The notes under the pieces: generated by a model
What the model was told of the DNA's origin: nothing
The model's input: only the letters and a program-made list of their open reading frames with translations
The model's database searches: none
Virus record (IMG/VR): IMGVR_UViG_3300005688_000042
Source: a virus
Lineage: Duplodnaviria > Heunggongvirae > Uroviricota > Caudoviricetes
Strand: one strand, 5' to 3'
DNA length: 64,000 nucleotides
Shown: positions 1-9,235 of the stretch, one piece after another
Numbering within the stretch: the stretch's first letter is position 1
Layout: each line of letters starts with the position of its first letter
Position numbers and translations under genes: made by a program

Positions 1-1079
1 TGAAGCCGATGGTGTCACTGTAGGTGTTACAGATGGTGTCACTGTAGGTGTCACTGTAGGTGTTACAGATGGTGTCACTGTAGGTGTCACTGTAGCTGAA
101 ATATTGGTAGATGTGGGAGTAACGCTTGGTGACATTTGAAAATCAAACATTGTTTTTATAGGATCGCTAATATCAACAAAAATTGTGAATTCGTCTATTA
201 TGAATCCTACTCTTTGTATGATATACCTAGATGGTGATTCGCTTATATTCGCTTGTTCTCCTAGATATAAAGGAGAACCCGGTGAACCCGAAAACCCCCA
301 GCCTAAAACGTCATATAGATAACCATATTTGACATAATTTACAACATCACCGGAAGCATGCCCGTTTTGGTTGATTCCGGTGCACGCTAGTCCATTTTTT
401 GCCAATTTACAATATTTGTAATTCTTTGTATCAATTGACACACAATGATGTTTTGGAATAGCCTCTAAACATTTAGTGATGTTCAGATGTTGATCTATTT
501 TTCCAATATACCCATTTTCAACTGTCAGTTCACTTTCGGTGGTTAGAAACTCATTGCTATTGTCTTTTTTAATTGGATGTCTATTTTCATCAAATAGGAT
601 TAAACCGGAATTGTTTTTGGTTGCTAAGTTAAAATTAGATCCAATGTCGTAACACTTTAAAATAGCTCCTTTTCTATATTCACCAACAAATACTCTTATT
701 ACTTCTTTCCACGAATTCACCCCAGCACGTTTAATGTACATTTTTCTAGATTTGAATTCGAAGAAATTCTGATCTATTTCTGCATGGATAGGAAGTTTTC
801 CTCCAGCTTTAGGAGGTAGTGGTGTAGAGCCATATGTTATCTTTGCTGTATTAATATTAATATCTACATATAAATATGCGTCTTTATTTTTGTTGAATGG
901 ACCCTTCCATGCACTCTTTATTATGTCAGGGTGTATAGTTAGATAATTTGATGATCCGTGAGAGAAAGATAGTATTAAAGGTGCTGTCGCACTATTAAGT
1001 GATATGCTAGTTCCATTCTTGATTAGGAAAGGAGTTACGGGTTGCCTTTGGACTATACCATTTGAAAAATTTAATAACA
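1..1079 (-). CDS. hypothetical protein, N-terminus at 1079, continues past window start; C-terminal part is a Thr/Pro/Val-rich tandem repeat
   Basis: Hand translation of the reverse strand is continuous from ATG(1079-1077) to base 1 with no stop (MLLNFSNGIVQ...SATVTPTVTPSVTPTVTP); not in the ORF track, probably because it is truncated at the edge. Confidence 0.5.
9..108. repeat. tandem 12/24-nt repeat (ggtgtcactgta ggtgttacagat) x ~4, encodes the TPTV/TPSV repeats of the CDS above
   Basis: Direct repetition visible in the first two sequence lines. Confidence 0.7.
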
Positions 1080-1388
1080 TTAATCGTTCACTATTTTATT
1101 ATATTCTTCCGCACTTGTTACTTGCGTACACTCATAATTTTCTAATTCATATTCATTAAGCATTCTACGATTTTGATATACATCCACATATGTATATTGT
1201 ATAACACCAGTGCTCATTGATTCAAAAGAACTTTTGTTTTCTTCATAATATATAATGTCATCTTGTAAATCGTATATGTTTGTGCATGCGATAACCTCTT
1301 TTGTAAAGTCTATCTCCACTGATGAGCGACAACTAGATAAGATCATTAATAACATTATTAAAATAAATTTCATTGATTTTTTGCTCAT
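1080..1388 (-). CDS. small putative lipoprotein (signal peptide + lipobox LSSC)
   Basis: N-terminus MSKKSMKFILIMLLMILSSC. Confidence 0.45.
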   Translation of the reverse strand: MSKKSMKFILIMLLMILSSCRSSVEIDFTKEVIACTNIYDLQDDIIYYEENKSSFESMSTGVIQYTYVDVYQNRRMLNEYELENYECTQVTSAEEYNKIVND

Positions 1389-1438
1389 ATATTCACTTTA
1401 TTTATAGATAAATAGTTTTAAAAAGGCATTGAAATTAA

Positions 1439-1930
1439 ATGTTGATGAGTCAACGAGCCAAACAAGGTGTCATGGGTATTTCATGGATAATAGTGGGAAT
1501 CGTAATAATTTCCTCTGTCATAATTTTTGGAACTGTAAAACAAGAGGATATACCTTATACATTGCCTATAGATAATCAAAATGTTGTCATGTACACGCAG
1601 CCTACACAAACTAGCATGCCCGTAACGATAGAAACAACATTGTCTCCTAAAGTTGTAATGTATAGTGATTTGAGTGTTAGCGAGGATGATATGACATTCA
1701 AATTGGCAAAAGAATATCAAGAATCGTTTGAGCTTTTTAAGACTAAAGTTTTTGTAGAAAAGAAAAATCACGGCAAGGCATATAAAAAATTTATAGCGGA
1801 TATAGGGTTCATTGTTGACGAGGAAGGTAAAATATTAGATGCTTCCGGGAGAAAGGTAGACCCAGCATTAATTACCTGTCATGTCATGGGATTTTTTCCT
1901 GATAGACCACATATAAAGCCTAATTGTTGA
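1439..1930 (+). CDS. hypothetical membrane-anchored protein
   Basis: ORF track; hydrophobic N-terminal helix. Confidence 0.45.
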   Translation: MLMSQRAKQGVMGISWIIVGIVIISSVIIFGTVKQEDIPYTLPIDNQNVVMYTQPTQTSMPVTIETTLSPKVVMYSDLSVSEDDMTFKLAKEYQESFELFKTKVFVEKKNHGKAYKKFIADIGFIVDEEGKILDASGRKVDPALITCHVMGFFPDRPHIKPNC

Positions 1931-2094
1931 AATTTGTAAATAGATACTCGCCGCTAGAAATAAATCGAAAGTTAGTACTAAAATATCGATAAATTCTATT
2001 GTACCATTGATGGTATTATCTATAAGTTGATATGTTATAAAACAAAAAGGAACGAAAAAAGCTATGAGTAGCAATACTTCTGCGTATATGTTTC

Positions 2095-2316
2095 TTACAG
2101 TTTGCATTCTTCATCCATCAGATTTTCTGTCAATCTTGTAGTAAATGTAACGCCAGCGTTAGTAATTTCAATTATAGTATCCATCGCAAGTCTAATATCC
2201 TCTTCATTATTGAATGGTAATATTAAACGTGATGGAAAATTATCAGTTTCTTGATCTGGAGTAATGATTAGATTTACCATATAAAAAATCGGGCCGAAAG
2301 ACCCGATTTTCTCCAC
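2095..2316 (-). CDS. hypothetical protein
   Basis: ORF track; sits downstream of the minus-strand terminator hairpin. Confidence 0.4.
   Translation of the reverse strand: MEKIGSFGPIFYMVNLIITPDQETDNFPSRLILPFNNEEDIRLAMDTIIEITNAGVTFTTRLTENLMDEECKL
2278..2312 (-). terminator. rho-independent terminator for leftward transcription
   Basis: Minus-strand reading gives hairpin ATCGGGTC-ttt-CGGCCCGAT followed by TTTTTT. Confidence 0.6.
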
Positions 2317-2320
2317 ACAT

Positions 2321-2521
2321 TTACTTAACGTTCTTTAGAGCTTCTGATAACTGATTGATGATATCTTGCAATTCATTGGTATCTGTGGTATTATTAATAA
2401 TGTCACGAATTTCTTGGTATGTCATTTGTTGCTTCCTATGTTGTGCTTCAATTGTAGACGTGAAAAATTTGAATGTCAACTCACTCGGATATGTAGATGT
2501 ATAAAAGTAGTAAATATCCAA
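2321..2521 (-). CDS. hypothetical protein
   Basis: ORF track. Confidence 0.4.
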   Translation of the reverse strand: MDIYYFYTSTYPSELTFKFFTSTIEAQHRKQQMTYQEIRDIINNTTDTNELQDIINQLSEALKNVK

Positions 2522-2663
2522 GGAAATTCATAAAAAGTAAGGTGATCCACGGTTCTACTAACCCATTAATATAAATCGCAAAACCAAGTAAAACTGTTAC
2601 TAGAATGGTTGTCATCATTCCAATATAATATAATACATTATGACTTATAAATTTAAATTTCAT
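2481..2663 (-). CDS. possible small membrane protein (start trimmed to MKFKF)
   Basis: ORF track 2481..2726; hydrophobic; overlaps neighbours, start uncertain. Confidence 0.25.
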   Translation of the reverse strand: MKFKFISHNVLYYIGMMTTILVTVLLGFAIYINGLVEPWITLLFMNFLGYLLLLYIYISE

Positions 2664-3360
2664 TTTTTCTCTTTCTAAATCCATATTCGGGGTCGAAACC
2701 GTGTTTATAAACTTTATCTTTGTCACTAATATTAACCATGGGATTGCCAGAATTACCCAAAACGCCAGATAGGTACATATCCAACTCCATATAGGCTGTG
2801 AATGGATCTTTCACTTTAAAAAAATCATAGTACTTTAGACAAGGGTTTAACATAGAATTATAATCAGTTTTTAAATGATCTTCATAAATTGAACCACTTT
2901 TCTGATAGATTATTGGACATTTTCTTTCGATATTTAGGTTAGTATCCAAAACTTTAAAAAACTCTTCGTTTGGAAAATCTATGATAGTATTTTTATATAG
3001 TGCTTCTGGGTTTTTTGGATAAGTTTCTTCACATAATTTTTTCAGAGCCTCTACCATAGAGGTGTAATCATATGCTATTGTATAAGGGAAAGAATAAGGG
3101 TTGAAAGAATACTCAGCCTTACCACAATGTAGCTGTACAAATTTATATATTTTGCCACAGAAAATAATTGCTCCCCTTTGCATTTCATGTGTAGATTTAT
3201 ACTTTTTCCATGTATACTTATCGCGATATGATCTAGTATCTTGTAGGTCGATACCACAGTCATTAGTATATTCACGATTTCTAATATACACGACTGAATC
3301 ATCAGCACCAAATGCCTGAACTTTATCGTAGTAGTCAATAAATTTTGAAAAAATTCTCAT
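2653..3360 (-). CDS. hypothetical protein (235 aa)
   Basis: ORF track; long clean ORF. Confidence 0.5.
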   Translation of the reverse strand: MRIFSKFIDYYDKVQAFGADDSVVYIRNREYTNDCGIDLQDTRSYRDKYTWKKYKSTHEMQRGAIIFCGKIYKFVQLHCGKAEYSFNPYSFPYTIAYDYTSMVEALKKLCEETYPKNPEALYKNTIIDFPNEEFFKVLDTNLNIERKCPIIYQKSGSIYEDHLKTDYNSMLNPCLKYYDFFKVKDPFTAYMELDMYLSGVLGNSGNPMVNISDKDKVYKHGFDPEYGFRKRKNEI

Positions 3361-3400
3361 AGCACCTATCTTTTATAAATATGTAAAACGGAAAATAATT

Positions 3401-3763
3401 ATGAAATTACTTAGCGAAATATACAATAGCATGGAAGATGTTCAACAGCAAGTCATGCTTGAACAATTGAATAATATATTAAATGAAGCATCATTCAATA
3501 CTACAGATTCTCCTGTTACAAATTTACCAGAAGATATGGATTTGACCCAAGCATTTGAAATTGCTAAGAAACGCCTTGAAGCCGCACAACGTGCTGTTCC
3601 ACTGGTTGCAAAATTAAAAGACCCTGAGCAAAAGAACTTTCACAAGTCTAGAATTTTTACAAATATGAACAGACTTCAAGGATTGTTTAATGATATCGTG
3701 AAGATGATAAAACAACAATTGTCAGTCCACCAAGATACCATTTCACGCAGTAATTATATTTAA
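3401..3763 (+). CDS. hypothetical protein
   Basis: ORF track; AGGA-type RBS region upstream. Confidence 0.45.
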   Translation: MKLLSEIYNSMEDVQQQVMLEQLNNILNEASFNTTDSPVTNLPEDMDLTQAFEIAKKRLEAAQRAVPLVAKLKDPEQKNFHKSRIFTNMNRLQGLFNDIVKMIKQQLSVHQDTISRSNYI

Positions 3764-4785
3764 CTGAATGGTGGGAGTTTTTTCAACAATTCTATATAAG
3801 CATCTTTCTGTGGATCATTGTTTTTAACACCATCAATCCACATAGTTATCATCTCTTGAGTTGGAGGCTCAGGTTCTGGTAACTTTTCTACAACTGGCAC
3901 AAATGGGTTATATGGACAATAAAAGAATCCTTTATCCATACTGCGTTGCACTTTATAAGTAATAATACCGCCAATATCTTTTCTAGGTTCTTTTCTACTA
4001 AACTTATCTTCTAGTGCCATGATTAGGTCTGTCATATTGGCCGCATAGAACCCCGCGCTTGTGAGTGTATTCAATTCGACCACCTTGATACCATCTGGTG
4101 TGTCACAAACGTCTATCACGTATGCATCATGCGGTCGCCAATAATCTACTGAAAACGGTCCAGAAGTTAGTGATGACACAAACTTATCAAATCGATGATC
4201 AACGTCACTGGAGTAATGAACCGTCCCACCACGCTTATACATGGACTTGGTTACGATTTTATCGTCCACAACCCAGTATCTATACTCTGCGTAGATTTCC
4301 TTGACCGGGCATACTTGTATCAGTGTGTCACCATTCATAGAAGAACCATAGTCATCTCCCATAGTAATGATACTATGCTGCCATTCTGTAAGTTCTTGAT
4401 CTGTAAATACTTTTCCAGCAAATACTTTGGAATCTTCAATTGGACGTAGGAATGCTTTTCCTGTTACAATCTTAGCATCAGCAAATCTTGACACAACAGC
4501 ATCAGCATTGAGCATGTGCTTTCCCCAATGCTTCATTTGTTCATTAAAATTAACTGGTTCTAGATCGAACACACCGGGATACCAACCCTTCTTCTTAGCA
4601 ATGTGGCGCATAGAGTAAGAACCCATGCAGATCACATTGTCATCTGGACTAATGTCAGGCTCTAGCTCACCAACAAACGGCACAACCTTATGTAAAGAAT
4701 ATGGTATCTTAAACCTTTCAAAAACGTCCAGAGCGTCCCTAAATCCTTGTTCGTTAAACAAATTTTCCTGTAGTACCCAATGCAT
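3760..4785 (-). CDS. putative ATP-grasp fold enzyme
   Basis: Motifs RPIEDSKVFAGKV, EIYAEYRYWVVD and DGIKVVELNT resemble ATP-grasp ligase signatures; judged by eye only. Confidence 0.4.
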   Translation of the reverse strand: MHWVLQENLFNEQGFRDALDVFERFKIPYSLHKVVPFVGELEPDISPDDNVICMGSYSMRHIAKKKGWYPGVFDLEPVNFNEQMKHWGKHMLNADAVVSRFADAKIVTGKAFLRPIEDSKVFAGKVFTDQELTEWQHSIITMGDDYGSSMNGDTLIQVCPVKEIYAEYRYWVVDDKIVTKSMYKRGGTVHYSSDVDHRFDKFVSSLTSGPFSVDYWRPHDAYVIDVCDTPDGIKVVELNTLTSAGFYAANMTDLIMALEDKFSRKEPRKDIGGIITYKVQRSMDKGFFYCPYNPFVPVVEKLPEPEPPTQEMITMWIDGVKNNDPQKDAYIELLKKLPPFS

Positions 4786-4796
4786 GTTAAATTCCT

Positions 4797-5057
4797 TTAA
4801 ATTAATTGTTTAGTTGTAATTATAATTCGTCTTGCCTGATGTTTTGTACCATCGCCCCAAATCTCCTTACTATTTGCTAATTCATCATATTGTTTTAGTG
4901 ACGTAATTCGAATTATTTCTCTATGTGGTAACAAATTTACATAGTAAACATATGATTTATTTTGTAAAGCATCCGCAACTCTATTGTCCCAAAAATGTTG
5001 TCCATCAGGTGTAAATTGTGGCGGACTTTCGAATAGTGATTCTATCTTCATGGACAT
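4797..5057 (-). CDS. hypothetical protein (86 aa) downstream of the ATP-grasp gene
   Basis: ORF track. Confidence 0.4.
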   Translation of the reverse strand: MSMKIESLFESPPQFTPDGQHFWDNRVADALQNKSYVYYVNLLPHREIIRITSLKQYDELANSKEIWGDGTKHQARRIIITTKQLI

Positions 5058-5095
5058 GTACGTTCCTTGACTGAATTAGATGCCAATGATAGCAT

Positions 5096-5278
5096 ATGAA
5101 AAATGGAAATGAAAGGTGGCCGACCATGTCAAAGAAGAAAGTTAGATGGATCGTTTCGTGGTGGGACTTCGAAAAAGATTATGAGGTTCATAAATTTTAT
5201 GACACACACGAAGAAGCTATAACAAAGCAGTTTAAGCTTAAACGAATGGGAATTACAGCGCAGGTAGAATTAAAATGA
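5096..5278 (+). CDS. hypothetical protein
   Basis: ORF track; GGTGG RBS-like sequence upstream. Confidence 0.4.
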   Translation: MKNGNERWPTMSKKKVRWIVSWWDFEKDYEVHKFYDTHEEAITKQFKLKRMGITAQVELK

Positions 5279-5514
5279 ACAATAAAATCAAACAGTTAGC
5301 GGAAGAAGCGGGATTTTGTTTTTGGTCAGATGAACCTTGGAAGCCTGCTGGCGCAGAGATTGATTGGTCGTCTATCTATGATGACCAGCTTGCAGAACTT
5401 TTGAGGTTGTTAAAACTTGAACTACTTGATATAGTAGCTGAAGGCGAAAGATATTATGAGTTCAAGGACGGAGCAACTTATATCAAAAATCACATCAATG
5501 AATTATTAGGATAA
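5275..5514 (+). CDS. hypothetical protein
   Basis: ORF track; ATGA overlap with the previous ORF. Confidence 0.45.
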   Translation: MNNKIKQLAEEAGFCFWSDEPWKPAGAEIDWSSIYDDQLAELLRLLKLELLDIVAEGERYYEFKDGATYIKNHINELLG

Positions 5515-5518
5515 CGTC

Positions 5519-5998
5519 ATGAATAAAAATATTAGTGCAGGATTTCAATTAGTTGTAGATTCTTGGGAAAACGATGGCGATTCGCCAAAGACAATTACAC
5601 TATATGGACTTTCTAAAGAAAAAGTTCTATTCTTTTTAGAGTTCCTTAAAGGTTTCGATTCTGATGATGAGCGCTTTTGTAATCAAGGTGTCGAAGACGA
5701 ATTGCTTATTCAATATGTTGATAAAGTTCTTTTACGACATCCGTCAGTAGCCAGAGAAATCGTAGAAGAGTACGATCTTGGTCACACGGTTGAAGATATT
5801 CCTGACGAGCAGAACTTCTCTCACTATGTTAGTGATTCTTATTATCAAATCGTTGTAGATTTGCTGGGTTCTCCAGAAAATTCTTATTATCAAGATGAGC
5901 ACAACTTTTGTAGAGTCTTTGAAAGTGCCGAAGTATATTTTGTACCTAATGAAATTATAAATGTCACAAGGAATTTTGGTTATGAAAAAGCCAATTAA
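5519..5998 (+). CDS. hypothetical acidic protein
   Basis: ORF track. Confidence 0.45.
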   Translation: MNKNISAGFQLVVDSWENDGDSPKTITLYGLSKEKVLFFLEFLKGFDSDDERFCNQGVEDELLIQYVDKVLLRHPSVAREIVEEYDLGHTVEDIPDEQNFSHYVSDSYYQIVVDLLGSPENSYYQDEHNFCRVFESAEVYFVPNEIINVTRNFGYEKAN

Positions 5999-6428
5999 GC
6001 CAACGTTTAAAAAACCTGAAAAAACTAGTCATAAATTCTTTTATATGTATCGTGGATATTCAGATAATGATATTAAATTATTTGAAGATTATGAAAACGA
6101 ACATTATGATGATTATTCTGTTCATAACAGCGATATTCGGCTTAGTGAAATTAATACGGCTGTAAATGAACTAGCCAAAACATTTAATATAGTTCCAGAT
6201 AAAATAAAAATATCATTAATTGAAGACCATTATTATCCTATTATGGAATTCCACGTTGTGTTGGAAAAATCCGATGAAGAATTTAACAAAGAATTAAAAG
6301 AATTTGATGAAAAGTATTCCAACGCATTGGAAGAATATAATAAATCGGTACAATCTTATAAAGCTTATAACAAAGCTAAGAAAATACAAGATCTTAAGCT
6401 AGAATTAGAAAAATTACAAAAGGTGTAA
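5961..6428 (+). CDS. hypothetical protein
   Basis: ORF track; start may be a downstream Met. Confidence 0.4.
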   Translation: MSQGILVMKKPIKPTFKKPEKTSHKFFYMYRGYSDNDIKLFEDYENEHYDDYSVHNSDIRLSEINTAVNELAKTFNIVPDKIKISLIEDHYYPIMEFHVVLEKSDEEFNKELKEFDEKYSNALEEYNKSVQSYKAYNKAKKIQDLKLELEKLQKV

Positions 6429-6430
6429 TC

Positions 6431-6646
6431 ATGTTTGAAAATAATTATAAAATTAGAAAAGAAGAGCGTAGAAAAGCTTATCAAGAAAATCATGGAAGAA
6501 AGTTAGAAAAATGTAACGCATGTAATGGATCTGGACGATATGATCACAATGGTAGCCCCAAATGTGGCGCATGTGGTGGAACAGGAAAGACCTTGACAGA
6601 ACCTACAGAAATGGTTAAGATACAAAACATGAAAGGGACTCAATAA
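6431..6646 (+). CDS. small zinc-finger protein (DnaJ-type CxxCxGxG x2)
   Basis: CNACNGSGRYDHNGSPKCGACGGTGK. Confidence 0.45.
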   Translation: MFENNYKIRKEERRKAYQENHGRKLEKCNACNGSGRYDHNGSPKCGACGGTGKTLTEPTEMVKIQNMKGTQ

Positions 6647-6795
6647 TGAAATGGCGATCTAAAACAGAAAAATATACTGCGATGGCCGGAGCAGGAATCG
6701 GGGTTGTGTTGATGGCGGTTATGATGTACGTTTTTTATCTCATATCAACTACTTGTGGATATCCACTGATTGATGGAAAATGTCAGACAGTACGA
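6646..6795 (+). CDS. small membrane protein (49 aa)
   Basis: Hand translation MKWRSKTEKYTAMAGAGIGVVLMAVMMYVFYL...; below the ORF-track length cutoff. Confidence 0.3.
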
Positions 6796-7189
6796 GTGGA
6801 ACAGAATGAATGACATTCTGGTAAACATCAGAAAAATTTGTACTAAATACAACATGTCCGTTTCTGCAAGAGTATGTCTGGCCTTAATTGTAGAATATTT
6901 CTTGTGTAATAGTGATAAGGATGATATTCGAGAAGTTTTGGAAGAAAATGTGGATTATTTTCCTCTAGATATCATCCCAGCTACGGATGAAATAGTAGAT
7001 TATTTAAAAGAGTTGAATCTGCCTTTAATTGATTATAATTATTGTGATGTTGAAAGAGGGTCTTGGCAGAAGTTTGACATTGGTGGAAATGAGTGGTTCA
7101 TTAGCTTCACCTTTGATGGACGCAGGTCAGATTTTGAAAATGGCTGGTTCAGCAACGCAAAAGAGCTTGAAAACGCAATAAAGATTTGA
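6770..7189 (+). CDS. hypothetical protein
   Basis: ORF track. Confidence 0.4.
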   Translation: MMENVRQYEWNRMNDILVNIRKICTKYNMSVSARVCLALIVEYFLCNSDKDDIREVLEENVDYFPLDIIPATDEIVDYLKELNLPLIDYNYCDVERGSWQKFDIGGNEWFISFTFDGRRSDFENGWFSNAKELENAIKI

Positions 7190-7268
7190 TAAGTAAAGAG
7201 GGTGTCATTTATAACTCTTCTCATAAAATGATCTTTCTAAAACAAAACAAAAAAAAAAGGATTGTAAA

Positions 7269-7523
7269 ATGGCAAAGAAAAATAGCTGTAGCTGTGCTGC
7301 TGTATCAGCAGATGATGACGGTTCATTGTATGTCATTATGGATGTTAATAATGGTGAACTTGTAGCAGAAGCAATTGAATTCAATGAAATTGAAGATGAA
7401 GTTCAAAGATATTTGGACGAAAATGAGTATACCGAAGATGATGTAGACTTTATAGTTTACAAGGCAACTTCAATTGAAATTGAAATTAGTACTAAGCCAA
7501 AAATTACGATTAAGCGTTATTGA
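7269..7523 (+). CDS. hypothetical acidic protein
   Basis: ORF track; GGATTG RBS. Confidence 0.45.
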   Translation: MAKKNSCSCAAVSADDDGSLYVIMDVNNGELVAEAIEFNEIEDEVQRYLDENEYTEDDVDFIVYKATSIEIEISTKPKITIKRY

Positions 7524-7530
7524 GACCATC

Positions 7531-7824
7531 ATGGCTATCGCATTTAATTTACTTAGAAACGATGATCCAGAGAAAGAATACGTAATTATAAATTGGAACA
7601 ATGGTATCATTGTTGATGCTAATGTCTGGAAATTTAATGATGATGAATTTGAAGATGCTAAAAAGGTCTTACTTGAAGAATGGGGAGAACCGTATGGTTT
7701 TGCTTATAAATCGTGGGACGGTCCAATTGAAACTGGAAGAACTGTAGCATCTTATGTATTAGGTGTTGTTTTTAATAATAGCAACATGATTGACGTGCTT
7801 AAAAAGCACTTTAAGAAAACATAA
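7531..7824 (+). CDS. hypothetical protein (start trimmed to MAIAFNLL)
   Basis: ORF track 7474..7824; the ATG at 7531 follows the previous stop. Confidence 0.4.
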   Translation: MAIAFNLLRNDDPEKEYVIINWNNGIIVDANVWKFNDDEFEDAKKVLLEEWGEPYGFAYKSWDGPIETGRTVASYVLGVVFNNSNMIDVLKKHFKKT

Positions 7825-7921
7825 ATAGAATTGTAAGAATATTCAGTCGAAGGACAACTATGGGTTATCAACTATTATGAAAACTCCCATAACCGTCAAT
7901 AAAACTTACTGAATTAATAAT

Positions 7922-7997
7922 GTCTCGTTGACAGAGTGGCTATGTATCCGATTGCAACCCGGATTTTAGGGGAGTTCGATTCTCTCACGAGACTCCA
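7922..7997 (+). tRNA. tRNA, anticodon most likely GCA (Cys); encoded CCA
   Basis: Acceptor GTCTCGT/ACGAGAC, T-arm GGGAG-TTCGATT-CTCTC, anticodon loop ttGCAac; D-arm imperfect. Confidence 0.45.
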
Positions 7998-8011
7998 AAT
8001 TAGAGTACATT

Positions 8012-8197
8012 ATGGATAAGTATAAAGTATTTAAAAATGATGGTGGTAAATATTTTGTAAAAGAGTATGACTTCTTTGTTTCTCAAGGTGGACTAGATAG
8101 TCATTGGGGTAGAAACTGGAAAACGGTATTGGCAGATTCTATCGAACATGCTAGGCTAATCGCAGAGGATTTGGATTGGCCAAGGAAAACATATTGA
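8012..8197 (+). CDS. hypothetical protein
   Basis: ORF track. Confidence 0.4.
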   Translation: MDKYKVFKNDGGKYFVKEYDFFVSQGGLDSHWGRNWKTVLADSIEHARLIAEDLDWPRKTY

Positions 8198-8198
8198 T

Positions 8199-8411
8199 AT
8201 GCTGTATTGTGATCGTAACTGCGGTAAATCAATAGATGAAACCGAAAAGTGGATTGTGGAATTTGTTAAGAAACATGGAGCATGGCCAAGATGTGCATGT
8301 CAATGGGGTTGTGGACCATACGGTAGATGGCGCGAAACAAAAGACCCACAATGGTGGATTGATATGTTGGAACGGATTGAAGTAGTTGACAACAAGAAAA
8401 CAAAAGTGTAG
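8199..8411 (+). CDS. Cys-rich small protein (putative zinc binding)
   Basis: CDRNCGK...CACQWGCGPYG. Confidence 0.4.
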   Translation: MLYCDRNCGKSIDETEKWIVEFVKKHGAWPRCACQWGCGPYGRWRETKDPQWWIDMLERIEVVDNKKTKV

Positions 8412-8576
8412 AATGTACTAAATAGAATAAAATTGTTTAAGTCGAAGATGTAAAGGTTATCAAGCAAACAGCAGCACGTGGGTTCGAATCCCATCCGGGT
8501 ACTAGAAATAGAACTGGTAGGCAAGTGGTTAGCCAGCCGTCAAAACATCTTTCATTGTTTAACTTACTTGAACATG

Positions 8577-8584
8577 TATAAATA
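8577..8584 (+). promoter_or_regulatory. T4-type late promoter TATAAATA
   Basis: Exact TATAAATAG 25 nt upstream of an AGTCGA unit. Confidence 0.5.
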
Positions 8585-8693
8585 GAATAAAATTGTCAGT
8601 CGATTTGTAGAAGATTATCTTAAAAAAGACTGTGGGTTCGAATCCCACCTTGGGTATGGCACCAAAACTTTTACTAAAACTTATTGGCAAACA

Positions 8694-8701
8694 TATAAAT
8701 A
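8694..8701 (+). promoter_or_regulatory. T4-type late promoter TATAAATA
   Basis: Exact TATAAATAG. Confidence 0.5.
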
Positions 8702-8917
8702 GAATTTGTAGTCGATCTGCTAAGGATTATCTTTCAATTGGTGAATTGGGCCGCGTGCCCATAATTCCTTACGAATAACTTACTACAATAATTTTGAATT
8801 TATCAGTCGATAGATGATCATTATCTTCCCGCCAAAAATTTGGGAATTAGTTGGTTCGAATCCAACACTAGCGTCGGTTCGCATTTGATTGTTGATAACT
8901 TACTGGTAATGTATTAC

Positions 8918-9004
8918 GGACGGTTGGTGGAGTCAGGTTTATCACGTCACTCTTGAAAAGTGAAGCTCCGAAAGGGGCCGTGGGTTCGAATCCCACACTG
9001 TCCT
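8918..9004 (+). tRNA. tRNA-Ser (anticodon UGA), type II with long variable arm
   Basis: Acceptor GGACGGT/ACTGTCC, anticodon stem TCACT/AGTGA with loop cuUGAaa, long variable arm, T-arm GTGGG-TTCGAAT-CCCAC; followed by a T8 run. Confidence 0.6.
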
Positions 9005-9145
9005 CAGTTTTTTTTCACAGTCGATTAATCTGGTTTACCTTGGAGAAACGTTCGACTTAATCATCGGATCGCGAGTCTGGTTCAAACCCGGACAAAATAG
9101 CGAAAGCTATTCGAACCATTTTAGCAACTTATTGTGATTCAGAAA

Positions 9146-9172
9146 AAGGCCAGCTTGCGCTGGCCTTTTTCG
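9146..9172 (+). terminator. rho-independent terminator closing the tRNA/sRNA island
   Basis: GGCCAGC-ttgc-GCTGGCC followed by TTTTTCG. Confidence 0.65.
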
Positions 9173-9175
9173 TTC

Positions 9176-9204
9176 TTGACATATCGTCTTATGCTTGTTA
9201 CTAT
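9176..9204 (+). promoter_or_regulatory. sigma70-type early promoter TTGACA-N17-TACTAT
   Basis: Read directly. Confidence 0.5.
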
Positions 9205-9235
9205 GTTTGTGTCCACATACAAAAGAACACTATCA

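Larger units (their letters stand above)
7840..9110 (+). ncRNA. array of at least 6 short tRNA-like/small-RNA units, each: late-promoter box - N8-17 - AGTCGA - (G)ATTATCT/GGTTATCAA - T-arm-like hairpin (GGTTCGAATCC)
   Basis: Units start near 7846, 8446, 8609, 8712, 8813 and 9021. None has a pairing acceptor stem, so they are not canonical tRNAs. Confidence 0.35.

Noticed and set aside
8300-8524. ORF-track CDS over tRNA/small-RNA loci (8300..8524, 16824..17078, 17987..18220, 28310..28507)
   Set aside because: They lie on structured RNA genes and promoters with no RBS; the HNH C-terminal overlaps are kept separately.
8400-9110. Reading the AGTCGA units as ordinary tRNA genes
   Set aside because: Each has a perfect T-arm but I could not find any 5' segment complementary to the 3' acceptor strand in several registers, so I report them as tRNA-like small-RNA units rather than tRNAs.
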